Assembly: GCA_900617105.1 (NCBI GenBank)
Contig: UYFQ01000322.1
Coordinates: 1-54,950 of the forward strand
Length of the DNA: 54,950 bases
From: Hydrurus foetidus
Taxonomy: Eukaryota
Reading direction: 5' to 3'
This document shows positions 23,501 through 38,500 of the stretch, piece by piece. The translations under genes were made by a program, and so were the position numbers. The notes under the pieces were generated by a model. It was not told where the DNA came from. It worked only from the letters and a program-made list of their open reading frames with translations, and ran no database searches. Positions within the stretch are counted from its first letter, which is position 1, and each line of letters begins with the position of its first letter.

Positions 23501-26500
23501 GTGCGATAAGTGCGGTCAAGGTTACTTCGGAGGTCCAGAACTTCCCGCCATAAAATGCACAGAATGTGGATATTTTAAGTACCAAGATGTTGCGGGTGAG
23601 ACATCATGCAAAGATTGTGCTTCTAACAAAAACAATAAAGTTGCTATCAATTGCCGCGCTAGATTCACATTGTCACCAACAGAACAACCCACGTCAGCAT
23701 CTACATCTGCTCCGACAAGTGCGCCCTCCTGTCAGCCAACCAGCGAGCCAACACCTGCGCCTACCTCGTCACCAACAGTACTTCCCACGACCGTACCTAT
23801 GAAATGCCCGAAAGGTCGTTTCTCGGCATCTGGATATACACCATGCACTGAATGTGCTCCTGGATCATATTCAGACAAAATTGGTCGAAAGGAATGCATC
23901 CCATGCGAGCCAGGAAGAACATCTGCTTTTTGGGGCAGGGAATGGTGCGATAAGTGCGGTCAAGGTTACTTCGGAGGTCCAGAACTTCCCGCCATAAAAT
24001 GCACAGAATGTGGATATTTTAAGTACCAAGATGTTGCGGGTGAGACATCATGCAAAGATTGTGCTTCTAACAAAAACAATAAAGTTGCTATCAATTGCCG
24101 CGCTAGATTCACATTGTCACCAACAGAACAACCCACGTCAGCATCTACATCTGCTCCGACAAGTGCGCCCTCCTGTCAGCCAACCAGCGAGCCAACACCT
24201 GCGCCTACCTCGTCACCAACAGTACTTCCCACGACCGTACCTATGAAATGCCCGAAAGGTCGTTTCTCGGCATCTGGATATACACCATGCACTGAATGTG
24301 CTCCTGGATCATATTCAGACAAAATTGGTCGAAAGGAATGCATCCCATGCGAGCCAGGAAGAACATCTGCTTTTTGGGGCAGGGAATGGTGCGATAAGTG
24401 CGGTCAAGGTTACTTCGGAGGTCCAGAACTTCCCGCCATAAAATGCACAGAATGTGGATATTTTAAGTACCAAGATGTTGCGGGTGAGACATCATGCAAA
24501 GATTGTGCTTCTAACAAAAACAATAAAGTTGCTATCAATTGCCGCGCTAGATTCACATTGTCACCAACAGAACAACCCACGTCAGCATCTACATCTGCTC
24601 CGACAAGTGCGCCCTCCTGTCAGCCAACCAGCGAGCCAACACCTGCGCCTACCTCGTCACCAACAGTACTTCCCACGACCGTACCTATGAAATGCCCGAA
24701 AGGTCGTTTCTCGGCATCTGGATATACACCATGCACTGAATGTGCTCCTGGATCATATTCAGACAAAATTGGTCGAAAGGAATGCATCCCATGCGAGCCA
24801 GGAAGAACATCTGCTTTTTGGGGCAGGGAATGGTGCGATAAGTGCGGTCAAGGTTACTTCGGAGGTCCAGAACTTCCCGCCATAAAATGCACAGAATGTG
24901 GATATTTTAAGTACCAAGATGTTGCGGGTGAGACATCATGCAAAGATTGTGCTTCTAACAAAAACAATAAAGTTGCTATCAATTGCCGCGCTAGATTCAC
25001 ATTGTCACCAACAGAACAACCCACGTCAGCATCTACATCTGCTCCGACAAGTGCGCCCTCCTGTCAGCCAACCAGCGAGCCAACACCTGCGCCTACCTCG
25101 TCACCAACAGTACTTCCCACGACCGTACCTATGAAATGCCCGAAAGGTCGTTTCTCGGCATCTGGATATACACCATGCACTGAATGTGCTCCTGGATCAT
25201 ATTCAGACAAAATTGGTCGAAAGGAATGCATCCCATGCGAGCCAGGAAGAACATCTGCTTTTGGGGCAGGGAATGGTGCGATAAGTGCGGTCAAGGTTAC
25301 TTCGGAGGTCCAGAACTTCCCGCCATAAAATGCACAGAATGTGGATATTTTAAGTACCAAGATGTTGCGGGTGAGACATCATGCAAAGATTGTGCTTCTA
25401 ACAAAAACAATAAAGTTGCTATCAATTGCCGCGCTAGATTCACATTGTCACCAACAGAACAACCCACGTCAGCATCTACATCTGCTCCGACAAGTGCGCC
25501 CTCCTGTCAGCCAACCAGCGAGCCAACACCTGCGCCTACCTCGTCACCAACAGTACTTCCCACGACCGTACCTATGAAATGCCCGAAAGGTCGTTTCTCG
25601 GCATCTGGATATACACCATGCACTGAATGTGCTCCTGGATCATATTCAGACAAAATTGGTCGAAAGGAATGCATCCCATGCGAGCCAGGAAGAACATCTG
25701 CTTTTTGGGGCAGGGAATGGTGCGATAAGTGCGGTCAAGGTTACTTCGGAGGTCCAGAACTTCCCGCCATAAAATGCACAGAATGTGGATATTTTAAGTA
25801 CCAAGATGTTGCGGGTGAGACATCATGCAAAGATTGTGCTTCTAACAAAAACAATAAAGTTGCTATCAATTGCCGCGCTAGATTCACATTGTCACCAACA
25901 GAACAACCCACGTCAGCATCTACATCTGCTCCGACAAGTGCGCCCTCCTGTCAGCCAACCAGCGAGCCAACACCTGCGCCTACCTCGTCACCAACAGTAC
26001 TTCCCACGACCGTACCTATGAAATGCCCGAAAGGTCGTTTCTCGGCATCTGGATATACACCATGCACTGAATGTGCTCCTGGATCATATTCAGACAAAAT
26101 TGGTCGAAAGGAATGCATCCCATGCGAGCCAGGAAGAACATCTGCTTTTTGGGGCAGGGAATGGTGCGATAAGTGCGGTCAAGGTTACTTCGGAGGTCCA
26201 GAACTTCCCGCCATAAAATGCACAGAATGTGGATATTTTAAGTACCAAGATGTTGCGGGTGAGACATCATGCAAAGATTGTGCTTCTAACAAAAACAATA
26301 AAGTTGCTATCAATTGCCGCGCTAGATTCACATTGTCACCAACAGAACAACCCACGTCAGCATCTACATCTGCTCCGACAAGTGCGCCCTCCTGTCAGCC
26401 AACCAGCGAGCCAACACCTGCGCCTACCTCGTCACCAACAGTACTTCCCACGACCGTACCTATGAAATGCCCGAAAGGTCGTTTCTCGGCATCTGGATAT

Positions 26501-29500
26501 ACACCATGCACTGAATGTGCTCCTGGATCATATTCAGACAAAATTGGTCGAAAGGAATGCATCCCATGCGAGCCAGGAAGAACATCTGCTTTTTGGGGCA
26601 GGGAATGGTGCGATAAGTGCGGTCAAGGTTACTTCGGAGGTCCAGAACTTCCCGCCATAAAATGCACAGAATGTGGATATTTTAAGTACCAAGATGTTGC
26701 GGGTGAGACATCATGCAAAGATTGTGCTTCTAACAAAAACAATAAAGTTGCTATCAATTGCCGCGCTAGATTCACATTGTCACCAACAGAACAACCCACG
26801 TCAGCATCTACATCTGCTCCGACAAGTGCGCCCTCCTGTCAGCCAACCAGCGAGCCAACACCTGCGCCTACCTCGTCACCAACAGTACTTCCCACGACCG
26901 TACCTATGAAATGCCCGAAAGGTCGTTTCTCGGCATCTGGATATACACCATGCACTGAATGTGCTCCTGGATCATATTCAGACAAAATTGGTCGAAAGGA
27001 ATGCATCCCATGCGAGCCAGGAAGAACATCTGCTTTTTGGGGCAGGGAATGGTGCGATAAGTGCGGTCAAGGTTACTTCGGAGGTCCAGAACTTCCCGCC
27101 ATAAAATGCACAGAATGTGGATATTTTAAGTACCAAGATGTTGCGGGTGAGACATCATGCAAAGATTGTGCTTCTAACAAAAACAATAAAGTTGCTATCA
27201 ATTGCCGCGCTAGATTCACATTGTCACCAACAGAACAACCCACGTCAGCATCTACATCTGCTCCGACAAGTGCGCCCTCCTGTCAGCCAACCAGCGAGCC
27301 AACACCTGCGCCTACCTCGTCACCAACAGTACTTCCCACGACCGTACCTATGAAATGCCCGAAAGGTCGTTTCTCGGCATCTGGATATACACCATGCACT
27401 GAATGTGCTCCTGGATCATATTCAGACAAAATTGGTCGAAAGGAATGCATCCCATGCGAGCCAGGAAGAACATCTGCTTTTTGGGGCAGGGAATGGTGCG
27501 ATAAGTGCGGTCAAGGTTACTTCGGAGGTCCAGAACTTCCCGCCATAAAATGCACAGAATGTGGATATTTTAAGTACCAAGATGTTGCGGGTGAGACATC
27601 ATGCAAAGATTGTGCTTCTAACAAAAACAATAAAGTTGCTATCAATTGCCGCGCTAGATTCACATTGTCACCAACAGAACAACCCACGTCAGCATCTACA
27701 TCTGCTCCGACAAGTGCGCCCTCCTGTCAGCCAACCAGCGAGCCAACACCTGCGCCTACCTCGTCACCAACAGTACTTCCCACGACCGTACCTATGAAAT
27801 GCCCGAAAGGTCGTTTCTCGGCATCTGGATATACACCATGCACTGAATGTGCTCCTGGATCATATTCAGACAAAATTGGTCGAAAGGAATGCATCCCATG
27901 CGAGCCAGGAAGAACATCTGCTTTTTGGGGCAGGGAATGGTGCGATAAGTGCGGTCAAGGTTACTTCGGAGGTCCAGAACTTCCCGCCATAAAATGCACA
28001 GAATGTGGATATTTTAAGTACCAAGATGTTGCGGGTGAGACATCATGCAAAGATTGTGCTTCTAACAAAAACAATAAAGTTGCTATCAATTGCCGCGCTA
28101 GATTCACATTGTCACCAACAGAACAACCCACGTCAGCATCTACATCTGCTCCGACAAGTGCGCCCTCCTGTCAGCCAACCAGCGAGCCAACACCTGCGCC
28201 TACCTCGTCACCAACAGTACTTCCCACGACCGTACCTATGAAATGCCCGAAAGGTCGTTTCTCGGCATCTGGATATACACCATGCACTGAATGTGCTCCT
28301 GGATCATATTCAGACAAAATTGGTCGAAAGGAATGCATCCCATGCGAGCCAGGAAGAACATCTGCTTTTTGGGGCAGGGAATGGTGCGATAAGTGCGGTC
28401 AAGGTTACTTCGGAGGTCCAGAACTTCCCGCCATAAAATGCACAGAATGTGGATATTTTAAGTACCAAGATGTTGCGGGTGAGACATCATGCAAAGATTG
28501 TGCTTCTAACAAAAACAATAAAGTTGCTATCAATTGCCGCGCTAGATTCACATTGTCACCAACAGAACAACCCACGTCAGCATCTACATCTGCTCCGACA
28601 AGTGCGCCCTCCTGTCAGCCAACCAGCGAGCCAACACCTGCGCCTACCTCGTCACCAACAGTACTTCCCACGACCGTACCTATGAAATGCCCGAAAGGTC
28701 GTTTCTCGGCATCTGGATATACACCATGCACTGAATGTGCTCCTGGATCATATTCAGACAAAATTGGTCGAAAGGAATGCATCCCATGCGAGCCAGGAAG
28801 AACATCTGCTTTTTGGGGCAGGGAATGGTGCGATAAGTGCGGTCAAGGTTACTTCGGAGGTCCAGAACTTCCCGCCATAAAATGCACAGAATGTGGATAT
28901 TTTAAGTACCAAGATGTTGCGGGTGAGACATCATGCAAAGATTGTGCTTCTAACAAAAACAATAAAGTTGCTATCAATTGCCGCGCTAGATTCACATTGT
29001 CACCAACAGAACAACCCACGTCAGCATCTACATCTGCTCCGACAAGTGCGCCCTCCTGTCAGCCAACCAGCGAGCCAACACCTGCGCCTACCTCGTCACC
29101 AACAGTACTTCCCACGACCGTACCTATGAAATGCCCGAAAGGTCGTTTCTCGGCATCTGGATATACACCATGCACTGAATGTGCTCCTGGATCATATTCA
29201 GACAAAATTGGTCGAAAGGAATGCATCCCATGCGAGCCAGGAAGAACATCTGCTTTTTGGGGCAGGGAATGGTGCGATAAGTGCGGTCAAGGTTACTTCG
29301 GAGGTCCAGAACTTCCCGCCATAAAATGCACAGAATGTGGATATTTTAAGTACCAAGATGTTGCGGGTGAGACATCATGCAAAGATTGTGCTTCTAACAA
29401 AAACAATAAAGTTGCTATCAATTGCCGCGCTAGATTCACATTGTCACCAACAGAACAACCCACGTCAGCATCTACATCTGCTCCGACAAGTGCGCCCTCC

Positions 29501-32500
29501 TGTCAGCCAACCAGCGAGCCAACACCTGCGCCTACCTCGTCACCAACAGTACTTCCCACGACCGTACCTATGAAATGCCCGAAAGGTCGTTTCTCGGCAT
29601 CTGGATATACACCATGCACTGAATGTGCTCCTGGATCATATTCAGACAAAATTGGTCGAAAGGAATGCATCCCATGCGAGCCAGGAAGAACATCTGCTTT
29701 TGGGGCAGGGAATGGTGCGATAAGTGCGGTCAAGGTTACTTCGGAGGTCCAGAACTTCCCGCCATAAAATGCACAGAATGTGGATATTTTAAGTACCAAG
29801 ATGTTGCGGGTGAGACATCATGCAAAGATTGTGCTTCTAACAAAAACAATAAAGTTGCTATCAATTGCCGCGCTAGATTCACATTGTCACCAACAGAACA
29901 ACCCACGTCAGCATCTACATCTGCTCCGACAAGTGCGCCCTCCTGTCAGCCAACCAGCGAGCCAACACCTGCGCCTACCTCGTCACCAACAGTACTTCCC
30001 ACGACCGTACCTATGAAATGCCCGAAAGGTCGTTTCTCGGCATCTGGATATACACCATGCACTGAATGTGCTCCTGGATCATATTCAGACAAAATTGGTC
30101 GAAAGGAATGCATCCCATGCGAGCCAGGAAGAACATCTGCTTTTTGGGGCAGGGAATGGTGCGATAAGTGCGGTCAAGGTTACTTCGGAGGTCCAGAACT
30201 TCCCGCCATAAAATGCACAGAATGTGGATATTTTAAGTACCAAGATGTTGCGGGTGAGACATCATGCAAAGATTGTGCTTCTAACAAAAACAATAAAGTT
30301 GCTATCAATTGCCGCGCTAGATTCACATTGTCACCAACAGAACAACCCACGTCAGCATCTACATCTGCTCCGACAAGTGCGCCCTCCTGTCAGCCAACCA
30401 GCGAGCCAACACCTGCGCCTACCTCGTCACCAACAGTACTTCCCACGACCGTACCTATGAAATGCCCGAAAGGTCGTTTCTCGGCATCTGGATATACACC
30501 ATGCACTGAATGTGCTCCTGGATCATATTCAGACAAAATTGGTCGAAAGGAATGCATCCCATGCGAGCCAGGAAGAACATCTGCTTTTTGGGGCAGGGAA
30601 TGGTGCGATAAGTGCGGTCAAGGTTACTTCGGAGGTCCAGAACTTCCCGCCATAAAATGCACAGAATGTGGATATTTTAAGTACCAAGATGTTGCGGGTG
30701 AGACATCATGCAAAGATTGTGCTTCTAACAAAAACAATAAAGTTGCTATCAATTGCCGCGCTAGATTCACATTGTCACCAACAGAACAACCCACGTCAGC
30801 ATCTACATCTGCTCCGACAAGTGCGCCCTCCTGTCAGCCAACCAGCGAGCCAACACCTGCGCCTACCTCGTCACCAACAGTACTTCCCACGACCGTACCT
30901 ATGAAATGCCCGAAAGGTCGTTTCTCGGCATCTGGATATACACCATGCACTGAATGTGCTCCTGGATCATATTCAGACAAAATTGGTCGAAAGGAATGCA
31001 TCCCATGCGAGCCAGGAAGAACATCTGCTTTTGGGGCAGGGAATGGTGCGATAAGTGCGGTCAAGGTTACTTCGGAGGTCCAGAACTTCCCGCCATAAAA
31101 TGCACAGAATGTGGATATTTTAAGTACCAAGATGTTGCGGGTGAGACATCATGCAAAGATTGTGCTTCTAACAAAAACAATAAAGTTGCTATCAATTGCC
31201 GCGCTAGATTCACATTGTCACCAACAGAACAACCCACGTCAGCATCTACATCTGCTCCGACAAGTGCGCCCTCCTGTCAGCCAACCAGCGAGCCAACACC
31301 TGCGCCTACCTCGTCACCAACAGTACTTCCCACGACCGTACCTATGAAATGCCCGAAAGGTCGTTTCTCGGCATCTGGATATACACCATGCACTGAATGT
31401 GCTCCTGGATCATATTCAGACAAAATTGGTCGAAAGGAATGCATCCCATGCGAGCCAGGAAGAACATCTGCTTTTTGGGGCAGGGAATGGTGCGATAAGT
31501 GCGGTCAAGGTTACTTCGGAGGTCCAGAACTTCCCGCCATAAAATGCACAGAATGTGGATATTTTAAGTACCAAGATGTTGCGGGTGAGACATCATGCAA
31601 AGATTGTGCTTCTAACAAAAACAATAAAGTTGCTATCAATTGCCGCGCTAGATTCACATTGTCACCAACAGAACAACCCACGTCAGCATCTACATCTGCT
31701 CCGACAAGTGCGCCCTCCTGTCAGCCAACCAGCGAGCCAACACCTGCGCCTACCTCGTCACCAACAGTACTTCCCACGACCGTACCTATGAAATGCCCGA
31801 AAGGTCGTTTCTCGGCATCTGGATATACACCATGCACTGAATGTGCTCCTGGATCATATTCAGACAAAATTGGTCGAAAGGAATGCATCCCATGCGAGCC
31901 AGGAAGAACATCTGCTTTTTGGGGCAGGGAATGGTGCGATAAGTGCGGTCAAGGTTACTTCGGAGGTCCAGAACTTCCCGCCATAAAATGCACAGAATGT
32001 GGATATTTTAAGTACCAAGATGTTGCGGGTGAGACATCATGCAAAGATTGTGCTTCTAACAAAAACAATAAAGTTGCTATCAATTGCCGCGCTAGATTCA
32101 CATTGTCACCAACAGAACAACCCACGTCAGCATCTACATCTGCTCCGACAAGTGCGCCCTCCTGTCAGCCAACCAGCGAGCCAACACCTGCGCCTACCTC
32201 GTCACCAACAGTACTTCCCACGACCGTACCTATGAAATGCCCGAAAGGTCGTTTCTCGGCATCTGGATATACACCATGCACTGAATGTGCTCCTGGATCA
32301 TATTCAGACAAAATTGGTCGAAAGGAATGCATCCCATGCGAGCCAGGAAGAACATCTGCTTTTTGGGGCAGGGAATGGTGCGATAAGTGCGGTCAAGGTT
32401 ACTTCGGAGGTCCAGAACTTCCCGCCATAAAATGCACAGAATGTGGATATTTTAAGTACCAAGATGTTGCGGGTGAGACATCATGCAAAGATTGTGCTTC

Positions 32501-35500
32501 TAACAAAAACAATAAAGTTGCTATCAATTGCCGCGCTAGATTCACATTGTCACCAACAGAACAACCCACGTCAGCATCTACATCTGCTCCGACAAGTGCG
32601 CCCTCCTGTCAGCCAACCAGCGAGCCAACACCTGCGCCTACCTCGTCACCAACAGTACTTCCCACGACCGTACCTATGAAATGCCCGAAAGGTCGTTTCT
32701 CGGCATCTGGATATACACCATGCACTGAATGTGCTCCTGGATCATATTCAGACAAAATTGGTCGAAAGGAATGCATCCCATGCGAGCCAGGAAGAACATC
32801 TGCTTTTTGGGGCAGGGAATGGTGCGATAAGTGCGGTCAAGGTTACTTCGGAGGTCCAGAACTTCCCGCCATAAAATGCACAGAATGTGGATATTTTAAG
32901 TACCAAGATGTTGCGGGTGAGACATCATGCAAAGATTGTGCTTCTAACAAAAACAATAAAGTTGCTATCAATTGCCGCGCTAGATTCACATTGTCACCAA
33001 CAGAACAACCCACGTCAGCATCTACATCTGCTCCGACAAGTGCGCCCTCCTGTCAGCCAACCAGCGAGCCAACACCTGCGCCTACCTCGTCACCAACAGT
33101 ACTTCCCACGACCGTACCTATGAAATGCCCGAAAGGTCGTTTCTCGGCATCTGGATATACACCATGCACTGAATGTGCTCCTGGATCATATTCAGACAAA
33201 ATTGGTCGAAAGGAATGCATCCCATGCGAGCCAGGAAGAACATCTGCTTTTTGGGGCAGGGAATGGTGCGATAAGTGCGGTCAAGGTTACTTCGGAGGTC
33301 CAGAACTTCCCGCCATAAAATGCACAGAATGTGGATATTTTAAGTACCAAGATGTTGCGGGTGAGACATCATGCAAAGATTGTGCTTCTAACAAAAACAA
33401 TAAAGTTGCTATCAATTGCCGCGCTAGATTCACATTGTCACCAACAGAACAACCCACGTCAGCATCTACATCTGCTCCGACAAGTGCGCCCTCCTGTCAG
33501 CCAACCAGCGAGCCAACACCTGCGCCTACCTCGTCACCAACAGTACTTCCCACGACCGTACCTATGAAATGCCCGAAAGGTCGTTTCTCGGCATCTGGAT
33601 ATACACCATGCACTGAATGTGCTCCTGGATCATATTCAGACAAAATTGGTCGAAAGGAATGCATCCCATGCGAGCCAGGAAGAACATCTGCTTTTTGGGG
33701 CAGGGAATGGTGCGATAAGTGCGGTCAAGGTTACTTCGGAGGTCCAGAACTTCCCGCCATAAAATGCACAGAATGTGGATATTTTAAGTACCAAGATGTT
33801 GCGGGTGAGACATCATGCAAAGATTGTGCTTCTAACAAAAACAATAAAGTTGCTATCAATTGCCGCGCTAGATTCACATTGTCACCAACAGAACAACCCA
33901 CGTCAGCATCTACATCTGCTCCGACAAGTGCGCCCTCCTGTCAGCCAACCAGCGAGCCAACACCTGCGCCTACCTCGTCACCAACAGTACTTCCCACGAC
34001 CGTACCTATGAAATGCCCGAAAGGTCGTTTCTCGGCATCTGGATATACACCATGCACTGAATGTGCTCCTGGATCATATTCAGACAAAATTGGTCGAAAG
34101 GAATGCATCCCATGCGAGCCAGGAAGAACATCTGCTTTTGGGGCAGGGAATGGTGCGATAAGTGCGGTCAAGGTTACTTCGGAGGTCCAGAACTTCCCGC
34201 CATAAAATGCACAGAATGTGGATATTTTAAGTACCAAGATGTTGCGGGTGAGACATCATGCAAAGATTGTGCTTCTAACAAAAACAATAAAGTTGCTATC
34301 AATTGCCGCGCTAGATTCACATTGTCACCAACAGAACAACCCACGTCAGCATCTACATCTGCTCCGACAAGTGCGCCCTCCTGTCAGCCAACCAGCGAGC
34401 CAACACCTGCGCCTACCTCGTCACCAACAGTACTTCCCACGACCGTACCTATGAAATGCCCGAAAGGTCGTTTCTCGGCATCTGGATATACACCATGCAC
34501 TGAATGTGCTCCTGGATCATATTCAGACAAAATTGGTCGAAAGGAATGCATCCCATGCGAGCCAGGAAGAACATCTGCTTTTTGGGGCAGGGAATGGTGC
34601 GATAAGTGCGGTCAAGGTTACTTCGGAGGTCCAGAACTTCCCGCCATAAAATGCACAGAATGTGGATATTTTAAGTACCAAGATGTTGCGGGTGAGACAT
34701 CATGCAAAGATTGTGCTTCTAACAAAAACAATAAAGTTGCTATCAATTGCCGCGCTAGATTCACATTGTCACCAACAGAACAACCCACGTCAGCATCTAC
34801 ATCTGCTCCGACAAGTGCGCCCTCCTGTCAGCCAACCAGCGAGCCAACACCTGCGCCTACCTCGTCACCAACAGTACTTCCCACGACCGTACCTATGAAA
34901 TGCCCGAAAGGTCGTTTCTCGGCATCTGGATATACACCATGCACTGAATGTGCTCCTGGATCATATTCAGACAAAATTGGTCGAAAGGAATGCATCCCAT
35001 GCGAGCCAGGAAGAACATCTGCTTTTTGGGGCAGGGAATGGTGCGATAAGTGCGGTCAAGGTTACTTCGGAGGTCCAGAACTTCCCGCCATAAAATGCAC
35101 AGAATGTGGATATTTTAAGTACCAAGATGTTGCGGGTGAGACATCATGCAAAGATTGTGCTTCTAACAAAAACAATAAAGTTGCTATCAATTGCCGCGCT
35201 AGATTCACATTGTCACCAACAGAACAACCCACGTCAGCATCTACATCTGCTCCGACAAGTGCGCCCTCCTGTCAGCCAACCAGCGAGCCAACACCTGCGC
35301 CTACCTCGTCACCAACAGTACTTCCCACGACCGTACCTATGAAATGCCCGAAAGGTCGTTTCTCGGCATCTGGATATACACCATGCACTGAATGTGCTCC
35401 TGGATCATATTCAGACAAAATTGGTCGAAAGGAATGCATCCCATGCGAGCCAGGAAGAACATCTGCTTTTTGGGGCAGGGAATGGTGCGATAAGTGCGGT

Positions 35501-38500
35501 CAAGGTTACTTCGGAGGTCCAGAACTTCCCGCCATAAAATGCACAGAATGTGGATATTTTAAGTACCAAGATGTTGCGGGTGAGACATCATGCAAAGATT
35601 GTGCTTCTAACAAAAACAATAAAGTTGCTATCAATTGCCGCGCTAGATTCACATTGTCACCAACAGAACAACCCACGTCAGCATCTACATCTGCTCCGAC
35701 AAGTGCGCCCTCCTGTCAGCCAACCAGCGAGCCAACACCTGCGCCTACCTCGTCACCAACAGTACTTCCCACGACCGTACCTATGAAATGCCCGAAAGGT
35801 CGTTTCTCGGCATCTGGATATACACCATGCACTGAATGTGCTCCTGGATCATATTCAGACAAAATTGGTCGAAAGGAATGCATCCCATGCGAGCCAGGAA
35901 GAACATCTGCTTTTGGGGCAGGGAATGGTGCGATAAGTGCGGTCAAGGTTACTTCGGAGGTCCAGAACTTCCCGCCATAAAATGCACAGAATGTGGATAT
36001 TTTAAGTACCAAGATGTTGCGGGTGAGACATCATGCAAAGATTGTGCTTCTAACAAAAACAATAAAGTTGCTATCAATTGCCGCGCTAGATTCACATTGT
36101 CACCAACAGAACAACCCACGTCAGCATCTACATCTGCTCCGACAAGTGCGCCCTCCTGTCAGCCAACCAGCGAGCCAACACCTGCGCCTACCTCGTCACC
36201 AACAGTACTTCCCACGACCGTACCTATGAAATGCCCGAAAGGTCGTTTCTCGGCATCTGGATATACACCATGCACTGAATGTGCTCCTGGATCATATTCA
36301 GACAAAATTGGTCGAAAGGAATGCATCCCATGCGAGCCAGGAAGAACATCTGCTTTTTGGGGCAGGGAATGGTGCGATAAGTGCGGTCAAGGTTACTTCG
36401 GAGGTCCAGAACTTCCCGCCATAAAATGCACAGAATGTGGATATTTTAAGTACCAAGATGTTGCGGGTGAGACATCATGCAAAGATTGTGCTTCTAACAA
36501 AAACAATAAAGTTGCTATCAATTGCCGCGCTAGATTCACATTGTCACCAACAGAACAACCCACGTCAGCATCTACATCTGCTCCGACAAGTGCGCCCTCC
36601 TGTCAGCCAACCAGCGAGCCAACACCTGCGCCTACCTCGTCACCAACAGTACTTCCCACGACCGTACCTATGAAATGCCCGAAAGGTCGTTTCTCGGCAT
36701 CTGGATATACACCATGCACTGAATGTGCTCCTGGATCATATTCAGACAAAATTGGTCGAAAGGAATGCATCCCATGCGAGCCAGGAAGAACATCTGCTTT
36801 TTGGGGCAGGGAATGGTGCGATAAGTGCGGTCAAGGTTACTTCGGAGGTCCAGAACTTCCCGCCATAAAATGCACAGAATGTGGATATTTTAAGTACCAA
36901 GATGTTGCGGGTGAGACATCATGCAAAGATTGTGCTTCTAACAAAAACAATAAAGTTGCTATCAATTGCCGCGCTAGATTCACATTGTCACCAACAGAAC
37001 AACCCACGTCAGCATCTACATCTGCTCCGACAAGTGCGCCCTCCTGTCAGCCAACCAGCGAGCCAACACCTGCGCCTACCTCGTCACCAACAGTACTTCC
37101 CACGACCGTACCTATGAAATGCCCGAAAGGTCGTTTCTCGGCATCTGGATATACACCATGCACTGAATGTGCTCCTGGATCATATTCAGACAAAATTGGT
37201 CGAAAGGAATGCATCCCATGCGAGCCAGGAAGAACATCTGCTTTTGGGGCAGGGAATGGTGCGATAAGTGCGGTCAAGGTTACTTCGGAGGTCCAGAACT
37301 TCCCGCCATAAAATGCACAGAATGTGGATATTTTAAGTACCAAGATGTTGCGGGTGAGACATCATGCAAAGATTGTGCTTCTAACAAAAACAATAAAGTT
37401 GCTATCAATTGCCGCGCTAGATTCACATTGTCACCAACAGAACAACCCACGTCAGCATCTACATCTGCTCCGACAAGTGCGCCCTCCTGTCAGCCAACCA
37501 GCGAGCCAACACCTGCGCCTACCTCGTCACCAACAGTACTTCCCACGACCGTACCTATGAAATGCCCGAAAGGTCGTTTCTCGGCATCTGGATATACACC
37601 ATGCACTGAATGTGCTCCTGGATCATATTCAGACAAAATTGGTCGAAAGGAATGCATCCCATGCGAGCCAGGAAGAACATCTGCTTTTTGGGGCAGGGAA
37701 TGGTGCGATAAGTGCGGTCAAGGTTACTTCGGAGGTCCAGAACTTCCCGCCATAAAATGCACAGAATGTGGATATTTTAAGTACCAAGATGTTGCGGGTG
37801 AGACATCATGCAAAGATTGTGCTTCTAACAAAAACAATAAAGTTGCTATCAATTGCCGCGCTAGATTCACATTGTCACCAACAGAACAACCCACGTCAGC
37901 ATCTACATCTGCTCCGACAAGTGCGCCCTCCTGTCAGCCAACCAGCGAGCCAACACCTGCGCCTACCTCGTCACCAACAGTACTTCCCACGACCGTACCT
38001 ATGAAATGCCCGAAAGGTCGTTTCTCGGCATCTGGATATACACCATGCACTGAATGTGCTCCTGGATCATATTCAGACAAAATTGGTCGAAAGGAATGCA
38101 TCCCATGCGAGCCAGGAAGAACATCTGCTTTTTGGGGCAGGGAATGGTGCGATAAGTGCGGTCAAGGTTACTTCGGAGGTCCAGAACTTCCCGCCATAAA
38201 ATGCACAGAATGTGGATATTTTAAGTACCAAGATGTTGCGGGTGAGACATCATGCAAAGATTGTGCTTCTAACAAAAACAATAAAGTTGCTATCAATTGC
38301 CGCGCTAGATTCACATTGTCACCAACAGAACAACCCACGTCAGCATCTACATCTGCTCCGACAAGTGCGCCCTCCTGTCAGCCAACCAGCGAGCCAACAC
38401 CTGCGCCTACCTCGTCACCAACAGTACTTCCCACGACCGTACCTATGAAATGCCCGAAAGGTCGTTTCTCGGCATCTGGATATACACCATGCACTGAATG